From assembly GCA_015490475.1 (NCBI GenBank), contig WFXT01000095.1, positions 1-44,405 on the forward strand: a stretch of 44,405 nucleotides of DNA. The letters are read 5' to 3'. Positions 1 through 7,961 of the stretch are shown one piece after another. The DNA is from Bacteroidota bacterium. GTDB taxonomy: Bacteria > Bacteroidota > Bacteroidia > JAADEI01. Positions within the stretch are counted from its first letter, which is position 1. The number at the start of each line of letters is the position of its first letter. A model generated the notes under the pieces. It had not been told where the DNA came from, ran no database searches, and saw only the letters and a program-made list of their open reading frames with translations. A program made the translations under genes and the position numbers.

Positions 1-2
1 AT

Positions 3-454
3 GTGAAAGGGAGCGAAGTTTTATTCATGCGAGCAGATGATACTACCAAATACTTAATATATACTGATATTTTGAACGATGAGCCCATGGCAAGTAAATA
101 TGAAGCTCATGGAGATGCTCAAATTCATCTGCCGGAGGAGCAGACCTTATCTGTCGCCGTATAGAATCTAGTGTAAAATATGGTCCCCCCTCTGCTGTTG
201 CAGGAGCATGGTATGAAGAGTGCGGACCTGGCCTTTATTTAAGGCTTCAAAGTTATGAAACAGACCCTGGACAGTTTGATAATGCAATAGGCTTCATATG
301 GCGTGCAACAAATAACGATGGTTGTTCTTATGATGATAACGCAGGAGGAATAGCTATCTGCACAATCCCCTTTGTTGAGGCATGGAACTCTTATCCTAAT
401 GATTTTTATGCACAAAATTTCTGCGGTTCAGCAATGTTAGTATTTGTACGATAA
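3..454 (+). pseudogene. Possible frameshifted 3' portion of a surface-protein gene with a DUF1566-like (Lcl C-terminal-like) domain. Frame 3 is open from the window edge to a TAG at 162-164. Frame 2 is open 104-454 with no ATG/GTG/TTG start.
   Basis: Manual translation. Frame 3 gives ...KYEAHGDAQIHLPEEQTLSVAV*. Frame 2 gives ...VKYGPPSAVAGAWYEECGPGLYLRLQSYETDPGQFDNAIGFIWRATNNDG...NSYPNDFYAQNFCGSAMLVFVR*. The motifs GFIW(R/T)AT and NSYP...C..VR* recur in the C-terminus of the 439-aa protein at 43033-44352. The feature is cut by the window edge. Confidence 0.3.
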
Positions 455-705
455 CGGTATACATATGCTATGGTTTATCGCTTCCGTTGCCACGTCTATT
501 TCCACTGCCCTGCATACATACACACGGACGGCAATCAGTGGCATCCAACCAAATGGACAGAGTGGTTCAGGAAGTCCCACTGGGACGAAATGCCCGTGAT
601 GGGAAGTGTAAAGCTCTTCGTAGCATGTTTTGTGACAAAATGTTTAATGATTTCAAAAGGCATGTTTAGGACGCAAGGTAACTTAACGAAGAAAGTATTT
701 GGAAA

Positions 706-3528
706 ATGAAGTCAATATCCTTGATACCAGAAACAGGTAGCATAGCTAAAACTCTAACAACGACTCTTTTGACTTTCGGTTTACTGGGTAGTAACATAAT
801 TTTGCATGCTCAACCCTTTACACTCGGTCAGATGACATCTTGTTACCAGTATTATGTTCCCATGAGCGATACCACCTATCTGGCTACTGATGTATGTATG
901 CCCATATTATCCAGTGATTGGGTTGTTCAGGACCTTACATTTCAGGGAGTTCCCCTAAATCCACTTACTATTGCTAAGCAGGGACAGCAAATTTTTTGGT
1001 TTCCTGAACAAAGCAACCCATGGCAACTGCCCGCTGTCCTTACCAGAACACCTTATGGGAAGTACAAGCTACATAGTCAACATCAGCTGGTTACTATAAT
1101 GGGTTACATGAGCGTCATTCAGGATGTGCGTGGTAGGTACAAATCAGGTGGGGTATATCTTCCCATGTATAGCGACAATTGGGACAAAACACCATATGTG
1201 CCTTCAGGATGGTATCATCCTCTGGATTTAACAGGTGGCGACGCCAACAAGCACCAGGATGGCTATGAAACCATTCTTTACATAGCTGATTCTTTACAAT
1301 GGCACTACATTGATACCTTCAACTATCCAGAATACATGAAAATTTCCAATGGTAAGATAGCAATGGTGGGTCCCTCGGCACTTGGCAATACACAATTCAT
1401 GGCTGCTGCCACCAAACCTACTCCTTATTTACGAGCCTTGATGCCCATTGTAGCAAGCACCGAACAATGGATAATGGGCAACATGAACGGTATGTTCAGA
1501 GAAGGACTTATAAATTCCTGGCTTGGGAAAGCTTTCGTGGATTATCAGTGGACAGTAGGACCGGCAGACGTAAAGGACACGATACACACGTTAAATGATT
1601 TTCCAGCTCCCTATAACATATCTCCCGTTGCAGTGTGGCAAAAAGCAGTTGACTTTTGGGCAGTGGATAACAATGTTCATGAACCATGGTCCTTTGCAAG
1701 GGCAGTGATAGATGTCAGCAAAGCCCCCATTTCTCCCGACTCTTCCAGATATGAATACCTTGACCTGCCCATATATAATGTAAACGGTTGGTGGGACATA
1801 TACAACTATGCTCAATTGCAAGCATGGCTGTTGACACGAAAGCACTCCGATACTGCTCGCTTCTTTCAAAAACTTATCATAGGTCCCTGGGCTCACCACA
1901 CCATAGGGAAAACAACAACTGGAGACATGACATACCCTGAGAATGTATATGACCCACTGGGACCCGATTTTACAAGCGACAATCCTAATATACCACGTCT
2001 TCTGGGTGCCGAACCAATGCAATGGTTCAGACAGTGGCTGGGAACCCCACATTTCGTTTTACTACCAAATCCGGAGTGGCAACTGGCAACAACATATCTG
2101 GGACAAAACATATACGTTATGGTTCCAGCAGATACATACTCCATAGCATATCATGAATTCATCAATTTCCTGAATGGTGTGGGACCCCTTGATAGCCTGC
2201 CCATTAGGATAAAAGGTGCCGAACTGCTCGGATATGACTCCAACACCATTTATTACATTGATATTTCGCCTACTGGAAATTCGGTATTTGGAGACACTTT
2301 GGGCATAGTTTTAGACTCTAATCAAGTGAATTTTGACGAGAGGGCTCCCGATGGTATTCCTGCCGGACGCTTCTATATAGCAGGTCCCGATGACAACTCT
2401 GGCGGCAACTGGTGGTTAGTGGCCGATACCTTCCCGCCCCCTTACATTACTAATTATAAACTCTATTTGCATCCGAATGACTCTGCATTTCTCGTCCCGC
2501 CAAAAGATAGCGCTACTTTGGTATTTTACACGGACCCTAAAAACCCTATCTACACAATAGGTGGACCCAACCTGCGAATCAGGGTTCCGGACAGTTCACG
2601 ACGCAGTCAAGGACAGATGCTGATGAATGACCCACAATGGGAACATCTAACTTATCATAGTGACACCACGCTACCAAATGGTGATGTTTACAAAAGAATG
2701 CTTGTATTTACTACGCCACCCATCACAGACTCCGTTACTATAATTGGATTTCCAACGGTAGAGTTCTGGGCTGGTGGTTTCCCAGTTGATAATGTGCTTA
2801 CCGATTCCTTTGACATGGACTTTATAGTCAGAATTATTGATGTCTATCCAGACGGACGTGAATACTATGTTTTTGAAGGTGCCGTCAATGGCAGAGCAAG
2901 AGAATATGCCAGACTTTTTGCAGAAGACCATCCCTTTGCCGATACAGCTAAATATTCTAACCTGGCGGCAAATAGACTATACCATTTCAAATTTAGAACA
3001 TTCCCTATTGGTTATACCTTCGGTTCCGGACACAGGATTAAGGTCGTCATCACAGGAAGCAATCATCCATTATATCAGTCTAACCCACATGTGCCCCTTG
3101 AATCAGGAGAATTCTTCAGAGTTTCTCCTTCTCAAATGGACACAGCAACATATATATTTAGAGGAACTCCTGTTAAAGCAAGACCTGCGGTACAATACAT
3201 ACATATAGACCCCGGCATGCCTGCATCCATAACATTACCTGCGTTGGGAACACCAACTATTCCAGACCCTTATATCTCTTCTGTTCAACAAACACGTCAA
3301 GACCAAGATAATATTTTTGTTTTCGTTAAAGATGGTTACATATTCCTTAATACACTTAATAGCAATGGAATATGGCAATTGTATTCTGTTGATGGGGCTC
3401 TCCTTCAATCCTTAAATATATTACCAGGAACAAAGACTGTAATAAGATGTCCAACCAGCTCACTATTAATGTGGAAGTTAATAACTGACCGGCAAATAGA
3501 ACAATCAGGAAAAGTAATATGCCGTTAA
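706..3528 (+). CDS. Secreted CocE/NonD family hydrolase / X-Pro dipeptidyl-peptidase (peptidase S15) with a T9SS C-terminal sorting domain
   Basis: 940-aa ORF with an N-terminal signal peptide (...LLGSNIILHA|QPF). S15-type motifs are LTRTPYGK, the nucleophile elbow GKIAMVGPSALGNTQ and IIGPWAHH. PepX_C-like motifs are IIDVYPDGREYYVFEGAVNGRARE and GHRIKVVITGSNHP. The last ~75 aa (nt ~3301-3525, ...IWQLYSVDGALLQSLNILPGTKTV...LLMWKLITDRQIEQSGKVI) resemble a Por_Secre_tail/T9SS CTD. Confidence 0.8.
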   Translation: MKSISLIPETGSIAKTLTTTLLTFGLLGSNIILHAQPFTLGQMTSCYQYYVPMSDTTYLATDVCMPILSSDWVVQDLTFQGVPLNPLTIAKQGQQIFWFPEQSNPWQLPAVLTRTPYGKYKLHSQHQLVTIMGYMSVIQDVRGRYKSGGVYLPMYSDNWDKTPYVPSGWYHPLDLTGGDANKHQDGYETILYIADSLQWHYIDTFNYPEYMKISNGKIAMVGPSALGNTQFMAAATKPTPYLRALMPIVASTEQWIMGNMNGMFREGLINSWLGKAFVDYQWTVGPADVKDTIHTLNDFPAPYNISPVAVWQKAVDFWAVDNNVHEPWSFARAVIDVSKAPISPDSSRYEYLDLPIYNVNGWWDIYNYAQLQAWLLTRKHSDTARFFQKLIIGPWAHHTIGKTTTGDMTYPENVYDPLGPDFTSDNPNIPRLLGAEPMQWFRQWLGTPHFVLLPNPEWQLATTYLGQNIYVMVPADTYSIAYHEFINFLNGVGPLDSLPIRIKGAELLGYDSNTIYYIDISPTGNSVFGDTLGIVLDSNQVNFDERAPDGIPAGRFYIAGPDDNSGGNWWLVADTFPPPYITNYKLYLHPNDSAFLVPPKDSATLVFYTDPKNPIYTIGGPNLRIRVPDSSRRSQGQMLMNDPQWEHLTYHSDTTLPNGDVYKRMLVFTTPPITDSVTIIGFPTVEFWAGGFPVDNVLTDSFDMDFIVRIIDVYPDGREYYVFEGAVNGRAREYARLFAEDHPFADTAKYSNLAANRLYHFKFRTFPIGYTFGSGHRIKVVITGSNHPLYQSNPHVPLESGEFFRVSPSQMDTATYIFRGTPVKARPAVQYIHIDPGMPASITLPALGTPTIPDPYISSVQQTRQDQDNIFVFVKDGYIFLNTLNSNGIWQLYSVDGALLQSLNILPGTKTVIRCPTSSLLMWKLITDRQIEQSGKVICR

Positions 3529-3792
3529 ACTTTAAGAAAAGTAGAAGAAAAAATTATCGGTTTGACACGTCTCTACTCCAGGGAAAAGGAAGATACTTCA
3601 CCTAAACATAAGACTTTCTCTATTCTCATCTTGTTCATACGATTGATGTCAACTTTAGTGCTTTATACATTAGATGATATTGTCGCGCAAATCTGTATAA
3701 CTTAACAAACTGTATAGCTCTAAAATAAAAAATCCTAACATCCATAATTTCATTTCTAAGATACTCTAACATCTCCAATACAACAAATCTCC

Positions 3793-3800
3793 TACCTTTG
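3793..3800 (+). promoter_or_regulatory. Candidate Bacteroidota sigma-A -7 element (TAnnTTTG)
   Basis: TACCTTTG lies 33 nt upstream of the ATG at 3833 in a 300-nt AT-rich intergenic region. This is a motif match only. Confidence 0.3.
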
Positions 3801-3832
3801 CTATTGAATATGTTGAATTAAATGCACTTGTT

Positions 3833-5200
3833 ATGGCTTTTAAAAGCATAAACCCTGCGACAGGGAAAGTTATCAAGGAAATTCCAGAAGACAAGAGTAA
3901 AGCAATTGAACAGAAAATACAGAAAGCTCACAAAGCATTTAGAGAATGGAGAACTACAATCATATCAGAGCGCACCTCACTACTATTGAAGCTTGCTGAA
4001 ACCCTTGAAAGGAATTTAGAGCCTTTGTCAAGACTCATCACCGAAGAGATGGGCAAACCAATAAGACAGGCAGAAGCAGAAGTAAAAAAATGTGCGTGGG
4101 TATGCAGACACTATGCTGAAAAAGCCCCCGTCCTGCTTAGTGAAAAAACCGTAGACACCGATGCTTCTTTTTCGGCAGTTAGGTATGAGCCGCTTGGTGT
4201 GATTCTCGGTGTTATGCCATGGAATTTTCCCCTCTGGCAGTTCTTCAGATTTGCTGTTCCTGCTATTGCAGCAGGAAACACAATAGTATTAAAACACGCT
4301 TCCAATGTCCCTCGCTGTGCTCTCGCAATACAAGACATTTTCAGGGAAAGTGGAGCTCCCGAAGGACTCGTTGAAGTCCTTATGATTCCTTCCAAGAAAG
4401 TTAAAGATGTTATAAAGCATGAATTGATCAGAGGAGTTAGCCTCACAGGAAGTACTGAGGCAGGGATTAAAGTTGCTCAAGAGGCTGGAAAACATCTTTT
4501 ACCCTCGGTAATGGAATTAGGGGGCTCGGACCCGTTTATAGTGCTTGAAGATGCTATTTTACGGGATGCAGCACGCATAGGTATTATAGCCAGAATGCAA
4601 AACAACGGTCAAAGTTGCATTGCAGCAAAAAGATTTATCGTAGCAGACGTGGTAGCTCCCAAGTTCACTGAACTAATGAAGGAACAAATCAATAGACTCA
4701 AAGTCGGTGACCCAATGGACCCTGAAACAGACGTCGGTCCATTGGCACGAAAAGACCTTGTGGACACCTTACATGAACAGGTGAAAAATTCTGTAAAGAA
4801 AGGCGCTAGGGTGCTCGTCGGTGGTAACAAGATCAAAGACCTTCCGGGTTTCTACTATGCCCCAACACTAATGATTGATGTGGTGCCCGGAATGCCAGTT
4901 TTTGATGAAGAAACCTTCGGTCCCGTGCTACCTATCACCGTCGGACACTCGGTTGAAGAGATGATAGAATTGGCAAACAAAAGCCAATATGGTCTTGGGG
5001 CGAGCATCTGGACATTGGACAAAGACTTGGCAACACAATTAATTTCAGAGCTTGAAACAGGAATGGTGTTTGTCAATGCGATGGTACGTAGTGACCCCCG
5101 ATTGCCATTTGGGGGCATTAAAAAGAGTGGCTATGGCAGGGAACTGGGCGACCATGGAATTTACGAATTTGTGAACATAAAAACTGTGTGGATAGATTAA
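3833..5200 (+). CDS. NAD(P)+-dependent aldehyde dehydrogenase, succinate-semialdehyde dehydrogenase-like
   Basis: 455-aa ORF with ALDH motifs: VLKHASNVP, catalytic Glu region MELGGSDP, catalytic Cys region NNGQSCIAAKRF, and EETFGPV. The size is typical of the ~455-aa SSADH subgroup. Confidence 0.85.
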   Translation: MAFKSINPATGKVIKEIPEDKSKAIEQKIQKAHKAFREWRTTIISERTSLLLKLAETLERNLEPLSRLITEEMGKPIRQAEAEVKKCAWVCRHYAEKAPVLLSEKTVDTDASFSAVRYEPLGVILGVMPWNFPLWQFFRFAVPAIAAGNTIVLKHASNVPRCALAIQDIFRESGAPEGLVEVLMIPSKKVKDVIKHELIRGVSLTGSTEAGIKVAQEAGKHLLPSVMELGGSDPFIVLEDAILRDAARIGIIARMQNNGQSCIAAKRFIVADVVAPKFTELMKEQINRLKVGDPMDPETDVGPLARKDLVDTLHEQVKNSVKKGARVLVGGNKIKDLPGFYYAPTLMIDVVPGMPVFDEETFGPVLPITVGHSVEEMIELANKSQYGLGASIWTLDKDLATQLISELETGMVFVNAMVRSDPRLPFGGIKKSGYGRELGDHGIYEFVNIKTVWID

Positions 5201-5211
5201 AAACACAACCG

Positions 5212-6189
5212 ATGAACAGATTTAGCAACATACTGGAGACAATAGGAAACACACCTCTGGTTAAGTTAAACAGGGTCGTTGAAGACATTGAAGCAGAGGT
5301 CTATGCCAAGGTAGAATACTTCAATCCCGGTCAGTCAATAAAAGACAGAATAGCAAAGCACATCATTGAGAGGGCAGAACAAGAAGGGCTACTGAAACCC
5401 GGAGGAACAATAATAGAGGCAACGAGTGGCAACACAGGAATGGGGCTGGCTCTAATCGCCGCTATTAAGGGATATAAGTGCATCTTCACAATTCCTGATA
5501 AGCAATCTCAATCCAAAATAGACGCTTTAAAAGCATTTGGTGCCGAAGTTGTGGTTTGCCCTACCGCTGTTCCCCCCGAAGACCCCCGTTCCTATTATGA
5601 AGTAGCAAAGCGACTTGCCAGAGAAATTCCAAACTCCTTCTTGGTAAATCAATATTTCAATCAATGGAATCCTGAAGCACACTATCTATCCACAGGACCT
5701 GAAATATGGAAGCAAACAGAAGGAAGAATAACACATTTCGTAGCGGGTGTGGGAACAGGGGGCACAATCAGTGGCACAGGTAGATATTTAAAAGAAAAAA
5801 ATCCCAACATAAAAGTTCTGGCAGTTGACACTGAAGGGTCTATCCTGACACACTATTTCAAAACAGGAGAAGAAAGACCCGACCTCGCGAGGCCATATCT
5901 GACAGAGGGAATAGGCGAAGACCTCATACCTGCAACTCTTGACTTTTCCGTTATTGATGATTTTGTTCAGGTTGGAGATAAGGAGAGTGCATTGGCAGCA
6001 CGGGAGCTAACCAGAAAAGAGGCAATATGGGCTGGGTGGTCCTCAGGGTCAGCACTCGCTGGACTGAGAAAGTACAAGCATTACTTCAAGAAAGGAGATG
6101 TTGTTGTTGTAATATTCCCCGACCATGGAAGTAGATACCTCGCCAAGATATATAATGATGAATGGATGAAGCAACAAGGCTGGTTATGA
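5212..6189 (+). CDS. PLP-dependent cysteine synthase / cystathionine beta-synthase family enzyme (catalytic core only)
   Basis: Motifs are the PLP-lysine region NPGQSIKDR, SGNTGMGLA, GVGTGGTISG, and PDKQSQSKIDALKAFGAEVV. The ORF track starts at a GTG at 5188 that overlaps the ALDH stop. The ATG at 5212 (MNRFSNILETIGNTPLV) is preferred. Confidence 0.85.
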   Translation: MNRFSNILETIGNTPLVKLNRVVEDIEAEVYAKVEYFNPGQSIKDRIAKHIIERAEQEGLLKPGGTIIEATSGNTGMGLALIAAIKGYKCIFTIPDKQSQSKIDALKAFGAEVVVCPTAVPPEDPRSYYEVAKRLAREIPNSFLVNQYFNQWNPEAHYLSTGPEIWKQTEGRITHFVAGVGTGGTISGTGRYLKEKNPNIKVLAVDTEGSILTHYFKTGEERPDLARPYLTEGIGEDLIPATLDFSVIDDFVQVGDKESALAARELTRKEAIWAGWSSGSALAGLRKYKHYFKKGDVVVVIFPDHGSRYLAKIYNDEWMKQQGWL

Positions 6190-6206
6190 GCCCTTTACCC
6201 GACCCA

Positions 6207-6443
6207 TCATTTAGACAAATAACTAATTATCCACAGAATAGCACTTAAAAGTAGTGATAGCAATATACTGGTAGCAAGCGGAAAATAGAAAACGAAGTTA
6301 TCTCGCTTAATAACTATATCACCCGGTAACTTACCAATAAAAGGGATTTTTCCAATAAGCAAGAACAAAAAGCCTATAAATATCATAATTACGCCAAGGA
6401 ATATGAAGAACTTGCCAAATGGACTTAAGGAATTGGGTTCCAT
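6207..6443 (-). CDS. DUF2905 family small membrane protein
   Basis: Two hydrophobic helices flank GKLPGDIVIKRDNFVFYFPLATSILLS, the pattern I recall for DUF2905. The start is set at the ATG at 6443 because the longer tracked ORF (to 6500) runs into the tRNA. Confidence 0.65.
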   Translation of the reverse strand: MEPNSLSPFGKFFIFLGVIMIFIGFLFLLIGKIPFIGKLPGDIVIKRDNFVFYFPLATSILLSLLLSAILWIISYLSK

Positions 6444-6459
6444 AGGTAACTCATGAATG

Positions 6460-6534
6460 TCGGGGCGCCCGGATTTGAACCGGGGACCTCCTGCTCCCAA
6501 GGCAGGCGCGCTAACCGGACTGCGCTACGCCCCG
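6460..6534 (-). tRNA. tRNA-Pro (anticodon TGG)
   Basis: The reverse complement CGGGGCGTAGCGCAGTCCGGTTAGCGCGCCTGCCTTGGGAGCAGGAGGTCCCCGGTTCAAATCCGGGCGCCCCGA folds as a cloverleaf. Acceptor stem is CGGGGCG/CGCCCCG, D stem GCGC/GCGC, anticodon stem CCTGC/GCAGG with loop CTTGGGA, and T stem CCCGG/CCGGG with loop TTCAAAT. CCA is not encoded. Confidence 0.88.
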
Positions 6535-6563
6535 TCCCTATAACCTAAACTCACTAACAACTT

Positions 6564-7901
6564 TTAGGTTGCTGTTTGTTCCACGTGCGACACACCACGA
6601 ATGAACCATTCGTAAGCTTCCCCCACAACAAAGACGCTTCCCGTGATGAGCACTACTGCGTTTTCCCGTTTTGCACGGATAATTGCCTGTTTAATCCCTT
6701 CTGCAACTGAGCCTGCTACAAAAACCTCAGTCGTGTCAGATGTCAACTGCTTTATTTCTTCTACTAATTCCATTAACTTCTTAGCCCTTGGAACATTGGC
6801 TTCAACTGCATAGATTCCCTTAACACGTCTCACAAGTGGTTCAAAATGAGATATTTTCTTATCGCCTGAAATACCAAAAACTGCGAATATCTTTTTATTT
6901 GTAAGCAGATTATCTATGTTATGGGCTAACATTTTGACAGCCTGTTCATTATGAGCAATATCTGCAATTACAAGAGGTTTTAGTGCCCATATATCCCACC
7001 TGCCCGCCCATCCTGTTAAATCTTTGAACATAGCAAATGCTTCATAAGTCTTATCTATCTTCATTTTGACCAGACCCTTTGCATCCAGCACTTCTGCAAC
7101 TTTCAAAACAGTCTGAACATTATTCACATATTGTCTTCCCCCTACGGGAAGCCACAGGTCCAACTTTTCGCCTTTAACCTCTACCGAAACATTCGCATCC
7201 GAAAGCCTTATGTCCACATCCACAATATTATAATCAGCCTCATAAACGCTTGCATTGTTTAAGCGAGCAATCCTCTTTATTTCACTCATAGCATCGCCGG
7301 GAATATCCTGCCCCACCACTACTGGCACACCATGTTTTATAATACCTGCTTTTTCTCTGGCAATAGCAGTCAGTGTTCTGCCAAGAAATCGCTCATGGTC
7401 AAATCCAATGGACGTAATAACAGACACCAGTGGTTTGGGAATCACATTAGTGGCGTCAAGCCTTCCCCCCATACCAACTTCCATAATAGCAACATCACAT
7501 TGTCTAAAGAAATGAAAAGCCATGGCAACGCAAACCTCAAAGAAAGAAGCATCCACTTCCTCAATCGCCTCACGATATTTATCCACAAAATCTGATATAA
7601 GCGTCTCAGAAACAGGAACACCATTCATTTTAAAGCGCTCCCTTAAGTCAATCAAATGCGGAGATGTGTATAGTCCCACCTTCAAGCCATGCTTAATAAG
7701 GAGAGCGGAAAGCATGTGTGCAACGCTTCCTTTACCATTGGTTCCTGCAATATGTACAACAGGGACTTCCAGATGTGGGTTGTTCATAACTCTTAGTAAA
7801 TTCCTGATTCTCTGTAAACCCGGCTTGTATGCTTGAGCACCGTCCCTTTGATAGACAGGCAAGCGAGCATAAAGCCACTGCACAGCCTCTTGATAATTCA
7901 T
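6564..7901 (-). CDS. folC: Bifunctional folylpolyglutamate synthase / dihydrofolate synthase
   Basis: Mur-ligase P-loop HIAGTNGKGSV, plus YTSPHL, EVGMGGRLDATNV and ITSIGFDH. The start is set at the ATG at 7901 (MNYQEAVQWLY...). The upstream 40 codons of the tracked ORF look non-coding. Confidence 0.88.
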   Translation of the reverse strand: MNYQEAVQWLYARLPVYQRDGAQAYKPGLQRIRNLLRVMNNPHLEVPVVHIAGTNGKGSVAHMLSALLIKHGLKVGLYTSPHLIDLRERFKMNGVPVSETLISDFVDKYREAIEEVDASFFEVCVAMAFHFFRQCDVAIMEVGMGGRLDATNVIPKPLVSVITSIGFDHERFLGRTLTAIAREKAGIIKHGVPVVVGQDIPGDAMSEIKRIARLNNASVYEADYNIVDVDIRLSDANVSVEVKGEKLDLWLPVGGRQYVNNVQTVLKVAEVLDAKGLVKMKIDKTYEAFAMFKDLTGWAGRWDIWALKPLVIADIAHNEQAVKMLAHNIDNLLTNKKIFAVFGISGDKKISHFEPLVRRVKGIYAVEANVPRAKKLMELVEEIKQLTSDTTEVFVAGSVAEGIKQAIIRAKRENAVVLITGSVFVVGEAYEWFIRGVSHVEQTAT

Positions 7902-7961
7902 TTCTCTTGCTTTCGGCTCAGGGAACAAAACTATTAATATTTGCGGTATCTTATTAAGGCT

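Noticed and set aside
455-705. Possible riboswitch or ncRNA in the locally GC-richer spacer upstream of the S15 hydrolase
   Set aside because: I found only a 5-bp hairpin (GTCCC-ACT-GGGAC) and a short CCACTG/CAGTGG complement. I could match no known riboswitch, SRP, 6S or RNase P core motifs by eye. The region is kept only as a low-interest note under the upstream-ORF finding.
6444-6500. N-terminal 19 codons of the tracked 97-aa ORF (MGAGGPRFKSGRPDIHELP...)
   Set aside because: This stretch is the antisense-free read-through of the tRNA-Pro gene body (6460-6534) on the same strand. The conserved DUF2905-like sequence begins at the internal ATG at 6443.
6460-6534. tRNA-Pro as an integration hotspot or genomic-island boundary
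   Set aside because: There is no integrase, no direct repeat of the tRNA 3' end that I could find by eye, and no compositional break. The flanking genes (folC, DUF2905, PLP enzyme) look like core genes.
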